A stretch of DNA of 64,000 nt, from contig CAWGMQ010000004.1 in NCBI GenBank assembly GCA_963823665.1, forward strand, positions 352,001 to 416,000. Reading direction: 5' to 3'. Numbering within the stretch: the stretch's first letter is position 1; each line of letters starts with the position of its first letter. A model generated the notes under the pieces. It was not told the DNA's origin. It ran no database searches and saw only the letters and a program-made list of their open reading frames with translations. Below, one piece after another: positions 52,653 through 62,724 of this stretch. A program made the position numbers and the translations under genes. The stretch is from an uncultured Planctomycetota bacterium (GTDB taxonomy: Bacteria; Planctomycetota; Planctomycetia; Isosphaerales; Isosphaeraceae).

Positions 52653-53633
52653 ATGAGACGATGTCGTGCCATCAGATTCGGGTTGACCGTCGCGTCCTTT
52701 GCGGTCGGTGTGCGTGCCGATGAGCCCGTGAAGACGTACACCGAGACCATCCCCGGATCGGCCGTCCGCTTCGAAATGATTGCAATTCCCGGTGGAAGGT
52801 TCTTGATAGGAAGCTCTCGAGATCAAGATGGACGCAGTGACGACGAGGGGCCGAGACGCCGCGTGGAGATCCGTCCTTTCTGGATGGGCAAGACGGAGGT
52901 CACCTGGGACGAGTACAACGAGTTCCGGAAGGGTGGTTTCGTCTCGAACCGAACGAACGCCGAGGCCCTCGCCAAGAACGCTGACGCGATCACCCGCCCC
53001 ACGCCAGCCTATCCCGACGAGACGCGCGGCTTCGGAAAAGAAGGCTACCCCGCCATTGGAGTGAGTCACCACGCGGCTATGGAGTATTGCTACTGGCTCT
53101 CGAAGAAGACCGGCAAGACCTACCGTCTGCCAACGGAAGCCGAGTGGGAGTACGCCTGCCGGGCCGGGATGACCACCGCCTACTTCTTTGGCGAGGATCC
53201 CAAGGAACTCGGCCGATATGCGTGGTTCGAGGAGAACTCAGACGACCGGACCCACCCGGTCGGTCGCAAGGCGGCAAACCCGTGGGGCCTTCACGACATG
53301 TCAGGCAACGTCGCGGAGTGGTGCCTCGACCGTTACGACAAGGACGCGTATTCCGGCTTTCCCTCCGACCGTCCCTTGGTCGGTCCAGTTCTCCTGCCCA
53401 CGGCCGCCCTCTATCCGCACGTTGCACGTGGCGGCTCCTGGACCGATCGGGCCACGGCTTGCCGAAGCGCCGCCCGGCGGGGATCGGACCCCACCTGGAA
53501 CCAGCAGGACCCGCACGGGAGCATCTGGTGGGTCTGGGACGCCGACTTCGTCGGGTTCCGCGTGGTGCGAGCGGTTGACGAGCAGGACGATCTGAAAGGG
53601 TTGCGATCTCTGGTTCGCAACGCGCCGCGTTGA
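52653..53633 (+). CDS. Secreted FGE-sulfatase (SUMF1-like) domain protein
   Basis: GAGGTG SD, signal peptide, [42 protein letters not shown]. Confidence 0.9.
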   Translation: MRRCRAIRFGLTVASFAVGVRADEPVKTYTETIPGSAVRFEMIAIPGGRFLIGSSRDQDGRSDDEGPRRRVEIRPFWMGKTEVTWDEYNEFRKGGFVSNRTNAEALAKNADAITRPTPAYPDETRGFGKEGYPAIGVSHHAAMEYCYWLSKKTGKTYRLPTEAEWEYACRAGMTTAYFFGEDPKELGRYAWFEENSDDRTHPVGRKAANPWGLHDMSGNVAEWCLDRYDKDAYSGFPSDRPLVGPVLLPTAALYPHVARGGSWTDRATACRSAARRGSDPTWNQQDPHGSIWWVWDADFVGFRVVRAVDEQDDLKGLRSLVRNAPR

Positions 53634-53697
53634 GTCCGGCCGCCCCCCACGACTCGGATGGGCCGACTTAAACCGATCCCTGCCTGTACCTGAGGGC

Positions 53698-54294
53698 TCA
53701 CGGCGAATGCCCCTTGTGGAATGTCAGCGCGAAGTAGAAGAGATAGACCGGCACAACAAGAAATGGCCAGAGGATATTGGCCGTGATGATCTGGCATGCG
53801 AGATACTTGAGGAGAATCCACCGCATGCAGCCTGGGCAAGCTTCGTTTAGCTCCGTCTCGTGAATGTGATAGTGGACGCAGACGGGAACGAAAAAGAGCT
53901 TCGGGAGGTTGAAGGCCTTGAGACTGTGCGTTAACTCGTCGCACCAGGAGCATCGGCGTAGGTCGATCCACTCGCCGTTTAGTCCGATGTGGGACAAATC
54001 TGCTTCGTGCTCCGGTTCTTCGAATGGATCCGTGCCGGGGGTGGGGCTCGCGACGGCCGGTGTTTGCTTCGATTCATCGGATTGGGCGAGGTGATCGGCC
54101 TTGCTCCAAGGACGGGGCAACTCGGAGAAGACTCGGATCAACGGGGGTGCCGCGGCGGGGGATCTGAGAGTCGAGTCGTGGCCGGGTGCTTGGGGCATCT
54201 TCGCTCCGCAGAACACGCAGTTGGGCGCACTGGCGAGCCGCTTGCGGCCGCAGGAGGGACAGACGGATGGGTTTTGAGGCAACGAGTTTTCCAC
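53698..54294 (-). CDS. Hypothetical protein with CxxC pairs and C-terminal TM
   Basis: CPSC...CVFC, CSWC...CPGC; hydrophobic C-terminus. Confidence 0.6.
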   Translation of the reverse strand: MENSLPQNPSVCPSCGRKRLASAPNCVFCGAKMPQAPGHDSTLRSPAAAPPLIRVFSELPRPWSKADHLAQSDESKQTPAVASPTPGTDPFEEPEHEADLSHIGLNGEWIDLRRCSWCDELTHSLKAFNLPKLFFVPVCVHYHIHETELNEACPGCMRWILLKYLACQIITANILWPFLVVPVYLFYFALTFHKGHSP

Positions 54295-54350
54295 AGCGCG
54301 GAAAAGGTTCGGGCCACCGATACCGAAACGGACACTGCGTCGAACGGTTA

Positions 54351-54614
54351 CTATTTCTTATTCTTCTCGGTGCGGGTTGCGGATTTCCGCGGGCGGATCG
54401 TCAAGTCCTCATGCTCCTCGGCACAGACCGGGATGCCAGCCAGGTCGTCTGCCGTAGGTGCTCGCTCGATGGTCCCAGGTGCGGATGGCTCGCCGGCGCC
54501 ATCACGGGTGCGACTGAGTTGAGCATCTCGCAGCCGAATGGTTGGGTCATTCTCCTCAATGTACGCGGGAACGCCAGCGAGGTCATCGGCGGTGGGTCTC
54601 GTTGAAGCGCCCAT
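54351..54614 (-). CDS. Small hypothetical protein with internal duplication
   Basis: GAGGAGG SD just upstream; PTADDLAG(V/I)P occurs twice. Confidence 0.55.
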   Translation of the reverse strand: MGASTRPTADDLAGVPAYIEENDPTIRLRDAQLSRTRDGAGEPSAPGTIERAPTADDLAGIPVCAEEHEDLTIRPRKSATRTEKNKK

Positions 54615-54625
54615 ATTGAACCTCC

Positions 54626-55009
54626 TCAGATGTAAACGCGCACCCGCCGCGCGGCGAGTTCCTGATCATCTGCTGTCAGCACAAAAAGGTAGCTACCAAG
54701 CGATTCGTAGATTAACTTGCGAATACGAAAACGCAGGTTCACGATTTGGAGCGGATCGGGAAAGCTCACAGTCAGTTTCTGCGAATAGACCTCTTCATTC
54801 GTCTCAAGGTGGACTACGCTCAATGTCATTGTAACATCGCCGAGCCCGTCCGTGAGCGCCACGAAGATATCGAAACGCTGAGGAGGCGACGGTACGGCGT
54901 CAAGGGCGACCCCGGTAAACGCGCCCAACAGATACGGCTTTTGTGTTCCTGTTTCAAATACGACTTGGTCGCATAGCATCAAGCTGACTGCGTTTGGACG
55001 TTGTGGCAT
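54626..55009 (-). CDS. DUF6941-like hypothetical protein
   Basis: LMLCDQVVFE..T.K..LLG.F, FVALTDGLG, F.DPL, G.Y.F.L..D...LA.R. Confidence 0.65.
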   Translation of the reverse strand: MPQRPNAVSLMLCDQVVFETGTQKPYLLGAFTGVALDAVPSPPQRFDIFVALTDGLGDVTMTLSVVHLETNEEVYSQKLTVSFPDPLQIVNLRFRIRKLIYESLGSYLFVLTADDQELAARRVRVYI

Positions 55010-55156
55010 CGGCGCAGCACTCCCCGCGAATCGTGACCAGGCCGAGAAAGATGTGAATTCTACGGACGGACTTGTTCGAGTGGTAGCATCCTGAAAGTTG
55101 ATCGCCTTGAGACTGGGGGTCAACTCGTCGCACCAGGAGCATCGGCGTAGCTCGAT

Positions 55157-55455
55157 TCACTCGCCGTTGAGCGATCCCACGACGCGTAGAATATCGCTCT
55201 GGTGCGTCGTGAGCAGGTTTGTTGCGATGACCGCTGAGTCCCGCGCCAGCCCCAGCTGGGCTCAGCCGCCAGCTCGATCAGATGTTGCGTGGCCTCGTTC
55301 GCGCGAGAGTTGTTGCTGGAGATTTGGGCCACGATCGTATTCGTCAGGCGAACGTTGTCCCGGTCATTTTGAACGACGAGAGCTGGGCGGACCTTGGCTC
55401 CGCCCGTCGTGAACGGATAGTCGACCAGCACGACGTCGCCGCGATTCAGCCTCAT
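55157..55455 (-). CDS. PemK/MazF-family toxin, frameshifted near 55250 and apparently 3'-truncated
   Basis: RGDVVLVDYPFT....KVRPALVVQND..N.....TIVAQISS; the shifted frame gives LARDSAVIATNLLT...ILRVVGSLNGE*. Confidence 0.82.
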
Positions 55456-55694
55456 CTGCGGGGGTCGAGAACGTTGTATCCATCCACTTGCGGATCGTCC
55501 CAACCGTCTCGTCCGAAGAACTTCATCGCGAGGGGATAGGCGGCCCTCGTGTCATCGGCCACGGCACGGATGCGGTCGTAGACGTCAGCTTTAAGAATGA
55601 CGCATTCGGTTTGTGTCTCGGGGTCGGCGAGTCGAACGGGTTCCTCGCCTGCCTGCTGGATTTCTTGCCGCTGTTCGGGGGTGAGAGTGGTCAT
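55452..55694 (-). CDS. Putative antitoxin
   Basis: 80 aa, ATGA-coupled upstream of the PemK gene; GWDDP acidic C-terminus. Confidence 0.7.
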   Translation of the reverse strand: MTTLTPEQRQEIQQAGEEPVRLADPETQTECVILKADVYDRIRAVADDTRAAYPLAMKFFGRDGWDDPQVDGYNVLDPRR

Positions 55695-55975
55695 GGGGGC
55701 GCTCCTTAGAGTATTACGATACGACCATTCTAACCGAGGTGAGTCTGGTTGTCTCGGGCAGGCAGACCGGGAACTCGGATGCCCGAACGCAGCGAGTATC
55801 CTGAATGCCGAACGGAGAAGTCCACCGTAATTGCGCGGGATGTCTCGCGTTCGGTCCCCCGCAGATCATAATCCATGCGACAGTCGCCGCCCTGCCCATC
55901 GCACCCGCGGCAGGGCGCCGCCGTTCGCTCCGCTCCGCGCCGCCGGAGCGATGGGCTCCGCTTTCCCTATCGCCC

Positions 55976-58900
55976 TCAGTGGCCTCGGGCTACGCGAAAA
56001 CCCAGGTAGTAGTACCGGTGCTCCGGCCCGTACCACGACCGCCTCGACGCCCGCATGCTGAGGGCGGCGTTTTGAAAGTTCCCGCCCCGATGCACGCGGA
56101 CGACGGTCTCCGGATCGCCAGTCGGATCGACGGCTGGCGAATTCCCCTCGTATTGCCCGTGTCCATCCCAGCACCACTCCATCACATTCCCGTGCATGTC
56201 GAACAGCCCCCAGCCGCTTGGCAGCTTGCTGCCACCGGAAGCGGCGCGATTGGCTTGGTACACAGCATATCGTCGCAGCATCTCTTCATCGCCGCCGCTC
56301 GCATATTCGGTCGTCGTCCCGGCGCGACAGGCGTATTCCCACTCCGCCTCCGTCGGCAGCCGGTAGCCGGTCGCAACGGCGACCAGCCGCCAAGCGTCGC
56401 GTTCGTATTCGGCAGTGCCGAACCTTACTTTCTCCTTCTCCCCGCTCCGCTCGTAGCATGCCGAGCGCCCCTCCTTGCAGCTCAACCAGTTGCAGAAAAG
56501 CACGGCGTCGTACCAGTTGACCATTTGAACCGGGTGTTCGGAAGTTGGACTGATTTTCGCGTCGACGCCTGGCAACGTCTCAGGTTTCTGTTCGGTCGGG
56601 TAACTTGCATCGCTGATGAACTGCTGGAACTGCCCGACGCTGATTTCCCGGTCACTCAAAAAGAAGGCCCGTGTCAGATGCACCGTCTGCTCTTTTGCCT
56701 GAGGGGTTTCATCTTTGCGTACAAACACGCCGGGGTTGATCTTGAGCAGCGTCATGCCCAGCGAATTGACGAGCCACTGGCGGCCCTCGCTCGGCTGGCT
56801 TGATGCCGGCACTGCGGGCGCCTCGATACCCCACTGCCGCAATGCCCAGCCCGCCGCGCTGTGCGTGCCAGCGTCCGATGCGGTTTCGTACCACTGCGTG
56901 AGCACAGGCTTCCAGGCTTTGCGTTCCGCGTCGGTCAACTGCCCGGCGGAAATACCACCGACCGCGAGGCAGATTCCTGACCGTAGTGCGGCGTCGGATC
57001 GCGTCTGACAATACGTCGCCAGTTTGGTGACGTCTCCGTGCCATGCCGGCAGCTCATCGATGAAGATCGTGCGCTGGATCGGATCCGGTCGCTCGTCGAT
57101 ACGGGACATGTCGGCGGCGATGCGGTCATCTTCGAGGTGGAGCGCGACGACAGCCAGGCGGGCCTTGAGACGCCAGTTCTTTTCCGCCGCGGCTTTGCCT
57201 TCTATGGCTTTCGTTGCGGCCGCTCGCGAGCACCCTAACGCTGCGGCAAGGTTGTCGACTTCCTCGGGCGCTGAACGCTCGATCTGCGAACCGAGAAACG
57301 GGACGTCGACCTGACCGTAGCGGGCCATTGCATACGCCAACCCCAACTTTCCTCGCGGATCGGGATCTGCGTATTTCGCCTTCATCTCTGCGACGACCCT
57401 CGCGGGCGGCAATCGCTCCAGATCGCGCAAGATAAACGGAACCGCCAGTCCCCGGTTGTTCTGGACCGCGTCCAATGCCGTGGCTACCTGCCGCTCCAGG
57501 CTACTCTCGCGCTCGGCCGCAATCACATACCCGATCACGAATCCGATCAGCAACAAAGCCGCCAGGGCGCTACCCCAGCGGACCGCATGAACGCGCCCCG
57601 CCTTGCGCAGTATTTTCTCCTGATCCGCCGTGCGGTTCTTCACCGGTACGAGCCATACCGCGGCCAGGAATTCCCACCACGACGGCAGATGCCGGTTCTC
57701 GGGCTTCGCCTGCCACAGGGCGGTTCGGTCCGCCAACCGCAGCTCGGCCCGTCCGCGGCGAGTTTCCCTCTGTTTGCGCGTCAGCCAGTCGCGCAACGAA
57801 TGCACTAAGTAATCGTGTGTCAATTGGTAATATTTTTGACCGATTATGGCCTTTGTCGGTGAACCGTCGCCGGTCCCTTCGGGGTCGGTGGGCGTGATGA
57901 GCCGGATTTCACTGTCCAGAATGTGAATCAGATCATCAAATTCGCGCGGACGATTCCCGTACCCCGACGCCTCGATCAGCTCCGCGTATGACCGCACGTG
58001 GCCCTTGAAATCGGTGCCGGATTCGGGCAAGAGAGCCGTCAGTACCCCGCGCGCCGCCTTCTGGTGGTAACGATGTTGTGGCGGAGCATTCGCGGTACTG
58101 AACGTCTCCTCAAGAAACGTGAAACCAACCCCCTGCGCGCCGCCCACTTCTTTGAGTGTGGCGTGGGTCCACGGCTTGTCCTTCACCATTTCCGCGAACA
58201 GGGCCAGCCGAACACAGATGACTTTGCCCTCTTGGGCCAATCCCGATGCAGCCTTTATCAAGAACTCCTTCTGGTCGTTACTCGTGGCGCCGGGGTTGTC
58301 AGGGAGCTTGCCGAACGCGCGGCCAAACGACGCCAGCACTCTCGTGGCGTGGCCTGTGTCGAAGAGATCGACCAACGCACTGTTTTGCCCTTCTAGCAGC
58401 CGGACCTCCAGTTCCCAAAGAAATCGGCTGACGGACAGCCAGAAGTCGTCCCGGACCATCACGATGCACTGCACCCGCCCGCCGTCGCACTGGCGAAGGG
58501 CCTGCACCAGCTCCGGGTTTGTTTCCTCCTTCCTTGCGTGCAGCCACTGCTCGAACTGGTCGATGACAATGAGAATTTTCTTGCCTGCGGGAATCCCCTG
58601 TCCCCGGCGCAACGCGGCCAGCGTTCCGTGCAGCGATAAGGTGTCCGACAGGACCGGACAGCGTTTCCGAAGACCGCCCAGCAGCGGGGTTTCCGTTTCA
58701 AGGGCGGTGGCTTCGACGTAGACGGTGATCACGTTGGCGGACAAGCGGGGCAACAAGCCTGCCTTGGCCAGCGACGATTTGCCGCAGCCCGAAGGTCCAT
58801 AGATGAGTCCGACCGTGAACGTATTGTCGGCATCCGTTTCTTCGATTCGCGTCTTCCAGAATCGGAGGCTATCGGGCAGCCCCTCCCGGTCGCGAGGGCC

Positions 58901-60007
58901 GGGGAGGAGTTCCAGGAAAAAGTCGGCATCGTGAGCATCAAAAGACCGCAAACTCTTGGGCACGATCTTGATGGGCTGGTGGTCCGAGGTCGGCGTTGCA
59001 GACGCAGGCGGCGTGGATGGCGGTTGCAGTACGGGCGTGATCACAGGCGCCACGAGGCCCATTTCACGTGGGGACTGTACGTTGACGGTCTGCTCGGCGA
59101 GAAAGAAATACAGGTCGTCGGCCATGTCTTTTGCCGTCGAATGCCGCTCCGACGCTCGCTTCGAGAGCGCCTTCAGGCAGATCCGTTCCAGCTCCTTCGG
59201 GATCGTGTCGTCCCATTGCCGCGGAGGACGAACATCCCGGTTCGTGATCTGCTCCAACAGTTCCTCACGTGAGTCCGCATGAAACGGCCGCTTCCCCGCC
59301 AGCAATTCGTAAGATACCACGCCCAGGCTGAAGATGTCCGACCGCCCATCCACGCGATGCCCTTCGCCCCGGGCCTGTTCCGGACTCATGTAAGCCGGTG
59401 TCCCGGCGTAGCGTGGCCCCTTCCCGACATCCTGTTCCCGCAGCGCCAGGCCGAAGTCGGCCACGAACGGCTTGCCGCTTCTGTCGAGCAGGATGTTTCC
59501 AGGTTTAATATCGCGGTGAACGAGCCCTTGCTTGTGGGCGTCGTGCAGCGCCTCGGCCACCGTCGCCACCAATTCGACCGTTTCGCGGATCGAAAGCTGG
59601 GACTGCTTGAGCCTCGTCGCGAGGTCTGTGCCGTCGATAAATTTCGAGACGACAAAACAGGGAAACTGCTCGGTGCTGCCGACATCGAATACGGAGACGA
59701 TGTGGGGGTGATCCAGGGTCGCAACCGTGCGCGCTTCCCTCAGGTAAGCTTCGGCATCTTCGAGTCAATCCACCAGTTTGCGATGTGGCACCTTGATGGC
59801 CACCGGACGGCTCAACTGGTCGTCGTGGGCCAGATACACGAGGCCAAACCCGCCCTTTCCCAGAACGCGTTCGATCCGGTAGCGACCGATGTGTTCAGGG
59901 AGATGTGCCGGGGCCATGTCGGCGGCAGCGGGCGCACCGTCTGTGGGCCACTCATCGGCGGCCGCATCATGGTTCGCTGTCGCTTCAAGCGGATCGCCGT
60001 CGCGCAT
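55976..60007 (-). CDS. Ser/Thr kinase + P-loop NTPase + TM + FGE-sulfatase-domain protein (frameshift near 59765)
   Basis: [27 protein letters not shown]; Walker [10 protein letters not shown] and Walker [42 protein letters not shown]. Confidence 0.92.
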
Positions 60008-60283
60008 GCCCGGTGGTAATCCTCACGTTGCACTGCGTCATCGCCCCGCACGCTGGCACCAGTCGGGGCCATTGTAGCCGATCGGTTGCCGAACATCATC
60101 GCTCGGCGACAGCCATTGTCTTGATTGACCGATCCGCACGGCGTACAGGATGGGCTTGTTATGAACCTGCATAAGTCTGACAATGGACTCCGTCCGCTGC
60201 TCGCATCGACGTCGTCCTGAGTCGAAGGTTGCCCGCCATGGCCGCGAAGTACGAGAGCAGCTTTTTCAACTGGAGCAGGTTGC

Positions 60284-62713
60284 ATGAAAGTCTTCGCTTG
60301 GTTGGTTGTCGCCGTTCTGCCCGGATTCACCGGGGCGAGCGATAAGGCTCCCTCCGTCGGCACGAAGGTTGCTTCCTTCACGCTCCGGGACTACCGCGGC
60401 GCCGAAAGGTCGCTCGAGCAATTCGCGGCGAAGAAGGCGGTGGTGCTCGCGTTCGTCGGCTGCGATTGTCCGGTTGCCAAGCTCTATGGACCGCGGCTGG
60501 CCAAGCTGGCCAAGGATTTTGAGGCCAAAGGCGTGCAGTTCCTGGGCATCGACGCCAATCAGCAAGACAGCGTTTCTCATATTGCGCGGTTCGCCAAGGA
60601 CGCCGGCATCGAGTTCCCGATCTTGAAAGACGTCAATAATGTCCTGGCCGATCAGTTGGCAGTGCAGCGCACGACGGAAGTTCTCGTTCTGGACCTCGAG
60701 CGGATCGTCCGCTATCGAGGCCGAGTCGACGATCAGTACAACGTCGGCATTTCGCGGACCAAGTCGACGAAGAACGACCTCTCCACTGCTCTCGATGAAT
60801 TACTGGCGGGCAAGCCGGTCAGTCAGCCAACGACGCCGGCAGTGGGTTGTTACATCGGCCGCGTACACAAGCCGGCGGCGACGGGAACGGTGACTTTCGC
60901 CAAGGATGTCGCTGGAATTTTCAACCGGCGCTGCGTCGAGTGCCACCGACCCGGAGAGATCGGCCCGTTCTCACTCACTTCCTACCACGAAGCGGCCGGC
61001 TGGGCCGATACGATCGGCGAGGTCGTGCGCGAAGGGCGAATGCCGCCCTGGCACGCCGATCCTAAGTTTGGCCATTTCGCCAACGACAGCCGGCTGAGTG
61101 CCGAGGAGAAGAAGACGATCTCCGACTGGATCGAAGCCGGCACGCCGGAAGGCGATCCCAAGGATACCCCGCCGGCCCCTACTTTTGCTGCCGGCTGGCG
61201 GATTCCGAAGCCGGACGTCGTATTTCAAGTGCCCAAGCCTTACAAAGTGAAGGCGACTGGCACGATCGAATATCAGTTTTTTGTGATTGATACCGGTTTC
61301 ACGGAGGACAAATGGGTTCAGGCCACCGAGGTGAAACCGAGTTGTCGAGCGGCCGTTCATCACGTACTCGTCTTCACGCAGCCCGCTGACGAGCCGCTGG
61401 TTCTGGGTCCGGAGGCCTTTGCCCAGAGGGGTAACGGTCCCCGGGGTAGCGGTCAAGCAGCCGGCGGACCCCGCGCCGGCGGACAAGCAGGCGGCGGTCA
61501 AGCAGCCGGCGGAGCCCGCGCCGGCGGTCAAGCAGGCGGCGGACCCCGCGCCGGCGGTCAACGAGCCGGCGGGCCGCGGGGGGGCGGCCGCGACGGCGGG
61601 TTCATCAGCAAGTGGCTCGCTGCGAGCGTGCCGGGCGCCAAACCGATGGTGCTGCCGGAGGGACTGGCCAAGCGCGTGCCGGCGGGCTCGAGGCTGGTGA
61701 TTCAAATCCACTACACGGCGACCGGTGCCCCGCAAGAAGATCAGTGCTCCATCGGCCTCGTGTTCGCCGATCCCAAGACCGTGCGCAAAGAAGTTGTAAC
61801 CGACATGGTGGTCAATCCCCGCTTCGAGATTCCACCCGGCGATCCGAATTACAAAGTTGAGGCCGAGCGCGTGCTGGAGCAGGACGAGGAAGTCCTGGAG
61901 TGGATGCCGCATACTCACGTGCGCGGCATTGGCTTCAAGTACGAAGCCTTATACCCAGATGGCAAAAAGGAAGTGCTGCTGAACGTGCCCCAATATGATT
62001 TCAACTGGCAGAACTCCTACGTGCTGGCCGAGCCCAAGCTCTTGCCCAAGGGGACGACGCTGCATTGCGAGGCCTGGTACAACAACTCGAGCTCGAACCT
62101 GGCCAATCCCGACCCCAGTCAGACGGTGCGCTGGGGCGAACAGACCTGGGAAGAGATGATGATCGGTTACTACGACCGCACTCTGGCGGCCGAAGATCGG
62201 ATCAAGCACCCGGTGACCGCGCCTGAAGCACATGCACTCAAGGCTCTGCCGAAGCTCGACCCCGAGCTGGCCAAGCTGGCGCATGCGGCGCTCGATTCGC
62301 AAACAGCTTTTGACGCTTTTGCGAAGGCCGTGCACGAAAAACTGCCGCAGGTCGATCGCGTGTGCGTGACCAGCGTCGACGACAGCAACTACACCGTGCG
62401 GCGGTCCGCTTACCCCGGGAAGAAGGTCACCCACTTCGCGGAAACCGGGTTCAAAGCACCGTCCAGGATGGTGCCATTCTCCACGTTTTCAGTCTTCAAT
62501 CGCATCGTTTCTCTGCCGGACCTGAATGCCATGGGTTCGTCACCTCAGTTGAAAATGATCACGGCGGCGCTCAAATCGAGCGTCCATGTGCCGGTTTCGG
62601 TGGACGGCCTGCCCAGCAACGTGAATTTCTGGAGTGCTTCGGTGAAGGCGTTCCCTGCAGAGAGCTTCGCCATGCTCCAGAGTCTGGCCGCTGAGCTTGT
62701 CCCGAAAAAATAA
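60284..62713 (+). CDS. Secreted redoxin + heme-c motif + copper monooxygenase-like protein with C-terminal extension
   Basis: GGAG SD; GCDCP redoxin, Y.GRVDDQY, CVECH, MPPW, VHH, MPHTHVRG, YDFNWQ, WGEQTWEEMM. Confidence 0.85.
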   Translation: MKVFAWLVVAVLPGFTGASDKAPSVGTKVASFTLRDYRGAERSLEQFAAKKAVVLAFVGCDCPVAKLYGPRLAKLAKDFEAKGVQFLGIDANQQDSVSHIARFAKDAGIEFPILKDVNNVLADQLAVQRTTEVLVLDLERIVRYRGRVDDQYNVGISRTKSTKNDLSTALDELLAGKPVSQPTTPAVGCYIGRVHKPAATGTVTFAKDVAGIFNRRCVECHRPGEIGPFSLTSYHEAAGWADTIGEVVREGRMPPWHADPKFGHFANDSRLSAEEKKTISDWIEAGTPEGDPKDTPPAPTFAAGWRIPKPDVVFQVPKPYKVKATGTIEYQFFVIDTGFTEDKWVQATEVKPSCRAAVHHVLVFTQPADEPLVLGPEAFAQRGNGPRGSGQAAGGPRAGGQAGGGQAAGGARAGGQAGGGPRAGGQRAGGPRGGGRDGGFISKWLAASVPGAKPMVLPEGLAKRVPAGSRLVIQIHYTATGAPQEDQCSIGLVFADPKTVRKEVVTDMVVNPRFEIPPGDPNYKVEAERVLEQDEEVLEWMPHTHVRGIGFKYEALYPDGKKEVLLNVPQYDFNWQNSYVLAEPKLLPKGTTLHCEAWYNNSSSNLANPDPSQTVRWGEQTWEEMMIGYYDRTLAAEDRIKHPVTAPEAHALKALPKLDPELAKLAHAALDSQTAFDAFAKAVHEKLPQVDRVCVTSVDDSNYTVRRSAYPGKKVTHFAETGFKAPSRMVPFSTFSVFNRIVSLPDLNAMGSSPQLKMITAALKSSVHVPVSVDGLPSNVNFWSASVKAFPAESFAMLQSLAAELVPKK

Positions 62714-62724
62714 AGGGACATACC

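Noticed and set aside
52653..53633. Second FGE-domain gene as a DGR target
   Set aside because: Its 3' end (WWVWDADFVGFR plus a C-terminal extension) lacks the NAC codon run; it looks like an ordinary SUMF1-type protein.
55780..55856. GCCGAAC...GTTCGG as an integron attC-like site
   Set aside because: No convincing extended imperfect palindrome, no cassette array and no integrase in the window.
55805..56803. 332-aa plus-strand ORF
   Set aside because: Antisense shadow of the FGE domain of the kinase gene; no recognisable motifs.
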